Positions 11,252-26,907 of a stretch of DNA of 64,000 nt are shown in pieces. The notes beneath the pieces are model-generated. The model did no database searches. It had not been told where the DNA came from and was given only the letters and a program-made list of their open reading frames with translations. Numbering within the stretch: the stretch's first letter is position 1; every line of letters begins with the position of its first letter. The stretch lies in assembly GCA_051530055.1 (NCBI GenBank), contig CM121341.1, forward strand, positions 682,001-746,000, read 5' to 3'. This DNA comes from Neoechinorhynchus agilis (taxonomy: Eukaryota; Animalia; Acanthocephala). A program made the position numbers and the translations under genes.

Positions 11252-12996
11252 AATGTGGATTATTTGCCTCACACTACGACGCAAATTCAAAGTGAGGTTC
11301 ACATTAAGTAACATTGATCTGTAAGCTGCGAAGTAAACCTTCATCTAATCTTTAACCAATAGTAAATATGGTAACGAATGCAACAGAACATCGACGGTGA
11401 CCTTCATTTTTAGCCTATGAAGTATCGGTGCATGAATAAAAGCAGTACTGTATTTCCAAGGTTCGGGCAATACAGCCGATGCTCACATACTTGGTTGAAC
11501 GGAGGAAAATATGGAGCCATATATGGAGGAATTTGTTTTCTACTCACAAATCTCCAGACATTCTCGTTCCTAAGTTATTTATGGGAGTAAGAAATAAACG
11601 CAGGTCACTAAAAGATATATCTGTTATATTTCTTCAAATGCATTTTAGTGTACCAGTACAAACTCGTCCTTTGTCCATAAACGAAATATCGGAAATCGTC
11701 GTAATCCACCGATCCGTTTGGGTTTGAAAATCATTTCTCCATACTATCAATACCGACATTTTATCAATGAGACGATATTCCATAAATATATTTCACCGAA
11801 GAATGAGTCAACATCTTCGTTGCTCTATCGATTCCAATACAAGAAAAAACTCTCAAAATTCTCATCACAGACGGTAATAAATTTCTTGCGTTAGCTAAAT
11901 TGCAAATCCTGTTTTCGATCTATACGCATATTAGCGGAGTATCGTTTGCATAAAAAACGAGTTTTCTAAAACATTTTTATGGACTTTAAATTTATAAAGC
12001 TGCTCAATAAATTCCCGAGATCTCAAAAAACTGCTTTGTTCTCTTGAAGGTAATACTGCAGAGTGGTATTTTACAAGTTTGAAAGTTGCCTTTGCTTTAA
12101 TCTAGGGAACAATGCGCTAGAATAGAAAAATTAATTCCATTTTTAAAATTTCAGCAAAACATTGTATTCACCAGTTTTTTCCGGTCGATGGGTGCTCGTG
12201 TCAACAATCAAGAAACTATAAATTACTTCCCTAGGATTATCATCTGCTAAAGTTGCTGAGCGCGATAAAGGAGATGGTACTGTGAGGCTACCTCTTTCCA
12301 AATATTTCAATCTAATAAAATACGTTTTATCCGGGGGATTATCATCACCACAAATCAAACTGTATGACTCTTTTTGCAGTGTCAGTAATAAATTATTTAA
12401 TCTCCGGTGGATAATATGCAACGGAAAAGCATGTAACCGGTCATATGAAATCGCACAAAACCGATTTGTAATGTACTGTTTCTGGATTTTAAGTTTGAGA
12501 GAATTAAAACACGGATTTCGAATATATAATTACTTTCCGCCAAGAAACGTTATTTGCCTGTTTTTTCGAATTAATGCAGAGGCGGTTTTAATATACAATA
12601 AAATAATTTGGATAGATAAAATCATTTTTTAATTATAGAAATATATACTGAGTGGCAAACAAAAGTGCACATCCTCACCGGTTATAAAATTCAAAGATTC
12701 TTAAATTGGTGATATTGTTGTGCTAAAGCTCTGAGCATTTTATGGTTAAAAAACGGGGTTTATTGTCCAAGTGCCTAAAGATCTGACGATGCGAGAATCG
12801 TGTATTGACTCTTTAAGAACGATTTAGAGCGCAGCTATGCTAGACTTATTTGTAAGCTAATGTCCACAATCATGAGTTTTACTGTAAACTAAATAAGTGG
12901 AGTTCAACCACAGCAAACGTTAACCGCTTCAAAGACTTGAGTCCTGATTTTTAAGATACTTTATGAGCATTCACTTTACAGTTGAATCAATCAGAA

Positions 12997-13380
12997 ATGG
13001 TTACGTTTAAAAAGAACAAAACTATACATCCGGCACGATCGAAAATGTTAACTTACAATTTGGACGGTGAAATTTTTTTTATGAACGTCGATTACGATAG
13101 CTATGATCAAACGAATAAACATCGATATATTAAGATTGCGTTCGTATAAGAGAAAAGCGAACTTGTATTTCTTAATATTGTGAATAACAGGGTCCTTCAT
13201 TTCCAATCTACGCGCTTCGAATAAAACGGCTTATTGATTCCCAATCAACAGATCGTCTTGAGTTTTAAACTTAATTCCAAAAGCGTCAATGGCGCAGACG
13301 GCGTGAAAATTTCACTTTGGCAAGTCAGTGGTCAGTTGACGCCTCAAGGGATACATTTTAATAGCCATAGATTGAGTTAA
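12997..13380 (+). pseudogene. Possible decayed ORF (128 codons, two internal TAA)
   Basis: MVTFKKNK...KIAFV*EKSELVF...TRFE*NGLLIP...HRLS*; only two internal stops in AT-rich DNA; no family recognised. Confidence 0.25.
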
Positions 13381-16300
13381 TATTAAAATATTAGATTGTG
13401 TGCGTGCGTGGGAACTAGCCATAGTCGGTTCCTCCCTGAATTCGATTATCACTAAAGAAGACTGCCGGTCTTTATTCCGCAGACATACTAAATCTCAGCC
13501 AAAGGGAGGATTGTGCGTGAATTCGGCCTATGTTACAGCACCATTATATGAATATTTCAAAAGCCAATTTTGGTTCCATCATAACCAAGCATAAAGTGCA
13601 ATGAATTTAATGAATTTTAGCGATAAGCACGAATCTGGTAAGGTCTCAACCCTGTAGAGACGATGATAGGTAATTACGGATGCAGTCAGATTTATTACTT
13701 TTACGTGCGTTCGGGGAAATGGGGTTTAAACGCACGATTGGGGCGAACAGCATCATCCGTACGTTGGCTCAGACATGTGGAAACCAGGTGAGTTTTGAGA
13801 TCCATTCCATATCGATTTCAACTGATCTTTGGTAGTAGATTGTCTTGTTCACTGAAACACGATGTCTCTTCTTCCAAGATACTGTTTGGGGATATTGGTC
13901 ACAATAGCATTTGGATCCATTCACGGTCTCATCAAAAACTCACGTCCAGTGACTAAATCCCGATTGTTTTTACCTGACACTCTAGGCATTTAGTACTTAA
14001 GCGATTTTTCGCAATCTGAAGTTAAGATAGTTTTCAAGGTGGGTTTTTTTTGAATGGCATCGGCCATTACCGCCATATAAATGCTTACAATAATCCCGCC
14101 AGCCTTTTAAAGAATTTGCACAGGTGTGAATGCTCATGTTAGCTCAAGTGTTGTCAATGACAGCATGTCTCAGAGTCCTCCTTTTCTCTTTTTCGATCCC
14201 GTTGAGCCGCCAGGTATGTCGGCACATTTTTTGCTAAAGCTAACGTGGAAAAGGCTAGATGAGAGCGTACGTTCATCATGTAACGTCTGCTTAAACAAGG
14301 GACAACGAACAAGCTATTACCTGCGATGAGAGAGATCATTAATCTTTTTTGTGGTAATGTCGCTGCTCGAAGGAGAAAGATGTCTTAGTTATAGGTGTTG
14401 CCGTGTGCGACTGCAACCACCTTTGTCGACGGGGAGGGATAAACACGGAGGGATAAAATCGCATCAAGGTTTGTTCATCACGTTGCCGTCGCCAAACGCT
14501 ACCACTCTTTCTAATAGATCCCTTGACTAACATTTACGGTGCCGCTTGCGGTATACATGAGGTTGAGAGAGGGAGAAAGCTTAAAAGCAATGGCACTCTA
14601 TAACACGACTAATCGATCAGGTCGCTCAGTTGCCTTTTCACACTCTCCACCTTTCCGGCTTGTTTTAGACTTTACCTTATAAAAACGTCTATGTTTATGC
14701 TCCATTCTGATGCCGATTTCTATTACTCTCCTCCCACACGCTTTACCTTGTCAGCCCGTCGCTCGGATACGGCAAAAATCTGGAGTGTGCGACATTGCAC
14801 ATACAACCACAGGTAAATACCAGAGTTAGGAACAACCTGTTCCAGCTTGTCAGCTAGTGGAAACCGCATAATGTATCAATCAATCTAATACTTTACCATT
14901 CGTACCTGGTCTACATCACCAAGCACGTCCGAAATGACCAGCTTAAGCGATATTGTATAACCTTTGGAAATGCTTTGTGTTAAAACAACTACACAAAGCA
15001 CCGTCGCTTACTGATCCATCGACTGAACTGGGACTTAGGTCACCTAAAACAAACGATCTTTAAAAGCACGAGTTCCACCGAATAATAAGGGAAGCAGCTC
15101 GGCAAACGAAGTAAGCGATGCGTTTTCTCAAACCTTTAGAAGGTAGATGTGAACCGCAAAGTTTGACCTTTAGTATTCGTAAGTCGTAGAAAAGTGGAAG
15201 TTTCGTTTATAAAACAGGTCATCTTTAAATTCATTATTTAGAAGAAAACAAACAGGTTATTGTGGAATTTGTCGTCACAAAAAAGGTCAAATGAACACAA
15301 TCAAAGGTCAGTAAAGGTCTTTTCTTCTTTAAATTTAAAAGTTACACACATGCTTTCAATTTAATTTAACTATAAATTAGCAACTAAATAAATTCAATTT
15401 TCTAAACTTTTAAAAATATATTGACTAAAACATTATGCAGCTTATTAATAAAAAATTTATTGAGAAAGGTACGTTCTGCCTTATAATATCAGAAACGTTA
15501 AGATTCCATTTTTTTGATATAATGAACAAACATTATTGTTGTCGCAATAATTAACTGTATAAATTATTAAATTCTAGAACTTTTTAAAAGAATAAAAATT
15601 GTTGTCGTTCTTGGCGCAAAAAATAAGCATTGCGGTGCAGCGGGGCAATGCGGCTAGCATTTTGGCCAGCGCCGATGAATGGGAGCGTTGATGAAACTAT
15701 AAATTATATTAGAAATTAAATATTAATTTAAAAAAATTTTTTGGTCAGGCCAGATAAAGAAAAATGATTTAATTTTAATATATCGTCCTATACGTGGGAT
15801 TTCTTCGGAATTGCTTGAAAGTTTTCTCAAGTGTGTTTCGAAAAAATTTTCAAGCGATCCGAAGAAGTCCCACGAAGGGAACGAAACATTAATCAAATTA
15901 AATCATTATTCTTTATTTAGCCTGATCAAAAAATCCATGGATAACTTATTTACAATTTCTATACAAAAACTCAAATATTTTCGGTTGGCTTTAATATTTT
16001 CATTTGATGAATTGATCATTAACCTTCAGGTCGTTTTCAATTTTTAATATATGCAGATTAATGTTTAATCGTATTCAAGGAATAATGTAATTTTGATGCG
16101 GGCAAGAGAGTGGTTTCCGCTTCTGTCTCGTGGCGTAGGTGGACTTTCCGCGGAAAAGTAATTACCTTTCTTTAAGATGTATGTGCATTTAGCGCACTTG
16201 GTTGCACTACCTCTCATAGGCTTCCTGTCAGCCATGGTGAAATTGGATCGATAACCTAATCATCCTAGCGATAAATTGTCATCTTGGAGTGCGACAAGAT

Positions 16301-17986
16301 ACACTCTGTGTGTGTGCAGGATTTGTATCGCCGGTAGTTTTGGGTGTACACATTAGCATTTGTACTTTAAAAAGAAATGGGAGGAAGAGGCTAGATTACA
16401 TTTCTTGATGAGCTCTTTTGTCGTTTGCTGACACTTGCAATCACCATTGAAACACTAAGTGTACGCACTTGCTTTGATCCAAAGTCAATTGTGCGCGAGA
16501 AAACAAATAATTGTATCCGGTAGAGTGTTCGGGCAGCAATTGTATTGGCTGCGCTTACCTGATGTATACCTCTCTCTCTGAAGTTGATTGGCTGATTCTT
16601 TAGATGCTGAAATCCTAGACATTCTGAGAAGAAAAATTAATACAGAATATTTAGAACTCCAGAATAGAAAAACTCGCTATTGTCTCATATCCCTCTCCCA
16701 TTGTTCTGCACATATAGTGACTTCTACTTTTCATTTGTTTCCAAAATGCTTTATTGATCCCCAGCGTATTTCAGTGGACCAGGTAGTATCAAAAGCTGGA
16801 TAATAGTGTAATGCACATTCCCACCCCCGAAAAAAAACCCAACCAGACTATGTGCACCGCCTCTATTGGCTAATTTTCATTCCTGGGATGTCTTTACACA
16901 TAGACTTTAACAAGCTTTCATCCTGCCACACCGGCATTCGCCGAGTGCCACGGGCGTGTGAAAGCGTTTTCAGGCGCGAGAACGCTGCATACGCTGCTTG
17001 CTAGCAATAGAATTGCAACATTTCACATGCTTACAGCCAGGAGGAGACCGAATCTACCTACAAACGAGCGTTTGTGTCTCCTCCCAAGTCGATGGAGCAG
17101 AAATTTAATTCGGCTTCGAAGAGGGAGACTAAAACACATCAGTACTAAAGCAGGCTATAAATGCGGTGCTCGCGCCAAACATATAGACGATGTGGCACAC
17201 GTGAAGCTCCGCCGGTGCTGGATTTGTGGTGAGTCTAAATTTTTTGGCTTGCGTTTTGTAAGTAAAGTCTGCTAAAATCATGAATTTTCTAGGTTTTTAG
17301 AAGCATAGAATTTGGCGCAAATCGGATATTTCTGCAAAAAAAGATAAAGCTTCTCGAAATCGCTTTTGTGTAAAATTAGATTGTAGTATAAATTTGATTG
17401 ATATATTTTCTCAAAAAAATAATGGATTTCTTTGTGGTATTTATAGAAAATAACCAGTAGAAATCCAAGATTATTTTCCCGCCACGCCTACTTCGTCTTA
17501 ATTCACCACATATAAAGTCCTTCTACCGCGCCTATTCTCTGATTAAGTCCTGATAGGTATTATTATGTCACGAGTCTCCGCCTATTGTTTCCATTGCATT
17601 CACAGCTAAAATCATCTGATTGTATGTTAGAAGAAAGGCTTTCTCTACTGGTTAAAGAGAGTCTGCAAGCAGTCAATGTTCTAAAGTCCATTGTGACCAT
17701 TAGAAGGAAATTAAAATTTCCTTGATTAATTAAGAGAGAGCGAGTGTAGTACACAGCGATTTTTCTTCAACTAGACCGAGATAAACTCAATTATCTCATG
17801 TGTGCGTGGACTCTTCAGCTGCATCTTCAGACGATGTCAATTTGTCAATAGAGCTTGTTAATAAAATTCAATTGGAAATATTAGGACAGTTATTCTGTCT
17901 CCTCTCGCTTTCAATACCGTTCCGAATCATTTCAGATTACCTTCACATTTAAAATGTGTGTTTAAGCTCCACGTGGTTGATCGTAT

Positions 17987-19482
17987 ATGGTTCGCCACAA
18001 GCGTAGTGCGGAGAGTCCTCAGCTAGAGCAAATTCGAAGATTTCAATGCGATGAATGCGACAAAGCCTTCAAGTACAAGCATCATTTGAAGGTAAAAACA
18101 GCACCAAGACACGAGCTCCACGCATACTGAAAAAAATTGAACGTGTAAAATCGTTGTAAATTTTTTATTCAAGGGTCAAACAACACCACTGAAAACCGTG
18201 GTGCACGTGATTGTTATCTTTAGAGCATGTCTAATGATCTGGTTAGTCCAACTCTCAATATTCCGCTCGCAATCTAATTGGCTGCTCACGTGTTTGCCTT
18301 ATCACCTTCTAACGTTCGTACGTTTAGGAACACAAACGAATACATACTGGTGAAAAGCCCTTCCTGTGCAAATTCTGCAATAAGCAATTCTCTCATTCTG
18401 GTTCTTACTCAAGTCACATGTCCACTAAACGCTGTCTTAAAGAAGAATATCGAAATTCAAAAAAGGACCAAAGGCCGTTCGAATCCGTTGTTCATAATTC
18501 CCATGAACCCATGTCTGTAGCGGTTACTTCACCAGTCGATTGTACAAAACCAATTGCTCAACAGCAACCGCAGCAAAACAATTCTAGCGCTTCCACATCA
18601 GAATCGAATGACCCAGTGAACAATAAGCGGCGTTCAACGGAATCTGATGACGCGGAACAATACAGCATGGCCAATTTTCTACAGTGGCCAGAACCGTGGA
18701 GGTGTCTATGTTCTCAATTAGCAACGGAAGCGTTCAATTTGTCCGCTAAAGTCTGCTTCGCTTATCCGCAACTTCATCACTACTCCGCAATAAGCGGTCT
18801 TCCACTTCACACTGCTCTACAACTCCATCTCATTCAACAAACTCCACCGGTCGCCACCACAATGTTCAACCCATATTTCACGAGCACGCCCTTAAATACT
18901 TCAGTCGAGGAATTTCCAACGCCTCCAAAAAAGGCAAAATCGTTCAGAGAGCAAAGAAATAATAGCAATGCTGAAAATCACGACGGTCCTTTGGATCTTA
19001 GCATAAATCACCGACAGGTGATGGCTGAAAACCGAAGCGAGTTGTTTCAATATAACGCCAGTGGTGGAAATGAACACTTTTCGGTAATAACTGAACGAAG
19101 TAACGAAAACGCTTCGTACTGTAACGGCGTATACAGTTGCGATGAATGTGGAAAGACCTTTAAGAAGTATAGTTCACTGGTAAGACACAAACAAGAGCAT
19201 TCAGGAGTGCGACCTTTTCGTTGTGATCAATGTGACAAAGCGTTCAAGCACAAGCATCACTTACAAGAACATGTAAGACTTCACACTGGCGAGAAGCCGT
19301 ACCGATGCAAATATTGTGGAAAAAGATTTAGTCACTCGGGATCCTACAGTCAGCACATAAACCATCCGTCAAGATTCTGCGATCGATCAGAAGAAGTTCA
19401 AGAATGCGAGCAATTGATTGAAGAAATGGTCATGGCTGTTGCTCAAGAAGTTGACGCTGAGCTTAACATTCTTAACCCATGA
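17987..19482 (+). CDS. ZEB: ZEB/zfh1/zag-1 two-cluster zinc-finger transcription factor; intron 18092-18327
   Basis: N-cluster [17 protein letters not shown]|[14 protein letters not shown]...[11 protein letters not shown]; CtBP motif PLDLS; C-cluster [25 protein letters not shown]...[17 protein letters not shown]...[13 protein letters not shown]. First exon is absent from the ORF track; start codon tentative. Confidence 0.93.
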
Positions 19483-21144
19483 GAAGTGTTGTAAATTACG
19501 CTCAGCTGGAGTGCTCCTTCCCAAAAATCACCACCTAAACCATCACCAGCAAAAATTTATTCGTTAGTTCACTTAAAAATAAAATTAAATTAGATCAGTG
19601 GTTTCTGCGTTTAAGAGTACAAGACCTAAATCTTAGATAATCACGAATTTCAGTCAGGATGGACATGTAAATGACCTCTTAACTGAAATCAGGATTCGTA
19701 ATCACGGTCAAATGGGACTCGTGTAAATATATACACATTATCCACCCTTACTTCACACCTGATTTACGGCCAATCTCCCGTGAGAAAGATTACATGATCT
19801 TATCCTGAATATCTAGACAATCGACACGGTTCAGACGTCCAAGATACAGATCAATCGCTTTTGACAACCGATAATAGCAACTGAAACATTCATTGTCCGT
19901 TTTAAACGAACTTTCAACAATTAAACATTGACGCATTTTGCTTTTTATTTCAGTGGAAGCGACGATTTAAAAATCTTGACATTGTTTAATTAATAGTTAG
20001 TATTTTCTGAAAAAAAAGTCACAATCCCCCACCTTCAAAGAGACCGCTGCAATTGATAAAATCAGATATAATCTTAGAGCAAATATGTAAAATCGCTACT
20101 TATCAATTAATTCCAATCCAGTGATTTTGATTATTTTAAGCATGCGAACGTGATCCATCATGTGATGTGCACTTCTCACCGTAGGTGCCCATTGCCATTT
20201 ATTATGATTAACTCACCTGGAAGATTGCTATGATTGATTTCTCAACTTATAAAGGCCGAAATAAAATTAGATTTATGTGTAACATTCTCTCATATAATAT
20301 TCTATGACCTTTTACAGTTTTTGCATCCAAGAATTCATTTGGGCCCGAAAAATCGCAATATACCCAATCAATTATTTCCCCAGTGAGAAAGACAGGCAAA
20401 TCACCTGATATAATTATGTAAAACTTATGGGCCTATAAATCAATGTCAGAAATGTGGTATTAAAAGGTTCCGAATATATTTTTCCCGTAATTTGTTATTT
20501 GCACTTCTGGTGTCTTTAAAGCCATTATTTTCGCTTAAATTGTTTTGATTTTTTTAGCAAAGCGAAGGAATTGCGCCATTTTGGAGTCAAAATTAAGCTT
20601 TTCATATTCCGCGCAGGCTTAGTCGCACAGTTTAAAATTCAATTATGAAAGTAATCGTGTGTGTGTGCGCGTGCGGAGACACCACACAAGTGATTTATCA
20701 GCGACTCGAATGATCCTAATCGTCTCTAGATCGCGTAGTTTTATGACTTCAAGTCTCTCAAGCGTATAGTCATTAGAGTGGAACACTGATCCGATTAGTA
20801 CCTTAATGACTGCCTCAATATATATGTGTGTGTTTGTGAGCGATTAGAGTACCGTTTAAAGTGCAAAAACGAAGCGATGTGTCTTATGGAGGCATATAAA
20901 TGACAGAAAGGCGATCTTATGTGAAATCCATACACTGCGGTTAGCGTTGGTGCAATTTTTGTGGTTTTGCTTCGTTCAAGTGCTCAGATGAATTCATTTG
21001 AGTTGGTGTGTTTCTCTATCTCAAAAAAGTGACAGTAAGATAGTGCGATCGAATAGAGCAGTCAAAGTCTCGCGCGTACTCACTCTCACATAGGACACTC
21101 GCTCTCAATTTCTAGGCAACCATCATCATTTTCACCAGTTTGTG

Positions 21145-24232
<3,088 letters not shown>

Positions 24233-26246
24233 CTAAGCACGAAATGAGCGTTAGACATTATTGGTCAAAGTTGTAGTGGACAATGATTAGTACGAGAAAA
24301 GAAGAATTGAAAAGGAGAGCTGTATCGATTTAGAATTTAAAGTGTAAATATTTGTCGTTTTGGGAACAACAACCCTGAGCTTGTGAGTCGTTCTTAGGAA
24401 AGTTCATTAACGCATAAAAGTATACACAAGTGGGCGTAAAAGAAAAGAGTAGGTCAACAGTTGTCTAAGAAGTGAAAAAATTTTAATGCGTGAGTAAGCG
24501 CGTAAAAATCTCAAAATTTTTGTGTGATTTTTCGAGTGAACGAGACTGATCGCTGGAGGCGTCAAGGGGGAGGAGGAAGAGGAGGTACCTTTTTCATGGC
24601 GTCGTGTATAAGCGATTCATGTCCCGTTCACTTACGCTGTTCGGTATAGTGAAACAAACGCCTCCTCCTCCGCCGCCTCCTCCTCGCGTTCTAGGAGTGT
24701 GCATTGAGTCTACGCGACACTAAGAATTAGTAATGTGAGTATGCGTCGAAGCAGTGCCATTCTGGTGTTCGAAGAAACGTACCTTCAAGCCTGTCCGATC
24801 GCGAAATCGCCTAAGAGCACTGGTCAGCATTACCCTGATGCGTTTGCCAAGAGGCATAAACTGGATTATATGATATTGGTTTTTTTTCAAAACTATTGAA
24901 GACTTGGCAACATGACAGTTTCGGCGGCGCTCGTGACTATCCCAAATGTGTGTGTGTGCAAGTGTGTGTTGATGGAAAGGACTTTTTGAGTGGTAAATAT
25001 CAGAGTTGTGCGAGACGCGAGGCAGGTATTGATTCATCAGTCGGCGGCGACGGCGACGGCGACGTTGTTGTGAGTATACTCAATTAAAAGGCTTCTTAAT
25101 TGACTCAGTTTTGAAGAAGAAAACGACAAGTATGCAAAAATCATCATTGTCGACTTGTTGTTTACCTGGAGTAGTGCAATTTGAGCGTTACAGTCGGCTG
25201 CCGTCGTCCGGTGACAGTGGTAAATGGGATATCGTACACAATCTTTAGGTCCCATTGTGTGTGTCCCTTTTTTCGGTTGAATATTCAGGATTATTGGCGC
25301 TACGAGCACACACGGTTGTGTTGGTGGGGAAAATTGTGTGTGTATATGCGGCGCTGCTTGTTTTTCGAAATATCACGGCGGCGGAGGGAAAACGTTGATA
25401 GTACCCTTCGAGAGGTAGGCGAGGGAATCGGATGTGAACGTATTCAGTTCCCATGGAAAACACTGCAATGTCGTCTGGGACATTGGAACACACACAGAAA
25501 GAGTGAAGAAAAAACCAGTCAAGGGTTCGTGAATTCTTATAGTCTGCCACAAAACTAAATTCGCATCAACACTATTTTCAACCACAAAAAAAACCAGTCT
25601 TTAATCATCAAAATATGGTTAGTTTCGATGTAGTTTTTCTTCTAGGCAAGGAACGGAAATTTTTGCCAATTGAAACAAAAAAATGTGAACAATATTCGTT
25701 GAACAAAAAGAATAGTACAGTGACGCTTTTTTCCTTTGAACTAAAAGAAGTCTTCACCCGCGGCAAATAACTTTTTCGAACCGGCTAAATACTTCTAAAC
25801 AATAATTCTCTAATCAGATACTTGCCCCCCCCTACGGTACCTCCTCAAATATCGACATTTTGAAAAATGAGTGCTAATTGACCGATTAAATTTGTGTTTT
25901 TTTCCAACCTTTTCGAATAAATTTTTTACTATTAAAAAGTGTATACTCACTGATCAACAATTGATTTACCCAGAATACAAACAACGTGCACTAACCCTAA
26001 AAACGTTCAATTCTAAAATGCTTTGACGGGGCAGATTAAAAAAATTAGAGGGTGCAAAAAATTCGCGTTAAAAGTTGGTAAAAGTGACAGCGGAATTAAT
26101 TTCAACGGGGAAACAATCACTTGCAATAGGAATAAAATGAGAGTAATACAAAAAAATTAGGCGTGTTGATAAGACAAAAATGTGTAGCGAACGACGCGGT
26201 GGGCTCACTAGGACAAAGCCGGCAGAAAACAACAAGGTGCACGAGA

Positions 26247-26373
26247 TGACGTCAAAAACGGAGTGCAAAAAATTACTTTTTAATTAGACGTGTAAATTAA
26301 AAAATTGATCAATTAATGATTTAATATACGCAATTCACAGCAAATCTTCACATAAACGTCACTTGTGACGTCA
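26247..26373. promoter_or_regulatory. Two perfect CRE/ATF palindromes (TGACGTCA) upstream of the MARK gene
   Basis: TGACGTCA at 26247-26254 and 26366-26373, the second abutting ATTGG (reverse CCAAT). Function is not shown by sequence alone. Confidence 0.3.
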
Positions 26374-26907
26374 TTGGTTAGATTTGCGCAATTTATCATA
26401 TGAGAGTAAAAATTAAAAAAATTAAAAAAAAAAGAACCTTTCATTTAGCTAAATTTTAATAATAAAAAAAATCACTTTGAGCACTCAGATTTGCATTATT
26501 TTTAAAACGCGTCTATTCTCTAAAAAGACAAAAAAGGTTACCTTTTTGAAACACGTTGCCTTTTGCACCAACTTTTGACGATTTTACTTCTCGAATCTTC
26601 TTTAAAGAATCCCAAATTAAGATGTAAGATTATTGAAGTCAATTATTAACGTTTGTACAAATCAAATGATTATGAGCAATTGTAAGCGTTCACTAAAAAA
26701 ATAAAAACTATATAACGAGAAAAAACAAGGAGCGAATTGTATGCCGTTTATTTTATCCTTAAATATGAAGAAGAGTTGCCGACATGTAATAAATTTCTGT
26801 AGCGAATAAAGAACTAACAATTTAAACCACGAAAAATAATAAATGTTCTTAAGCAGGAAATGTTAATCGAGTACTTTTTTCAAAAAAATAATGTGAACTG
26901 AGGTAGA

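Noticed and set aside
17805-17835. Additional hammerhead core (CTGAAGATG on the minus strand)
   Set aside because: No GAAA or stem III downstream.
24720-25585. Short ORFs upstream of MARK as separate genes
   Set aside because: Microsatellite-rich, promoter/5' UTR-like sequence; may hold the MARK first exon, but no phase-compatible one was identified.
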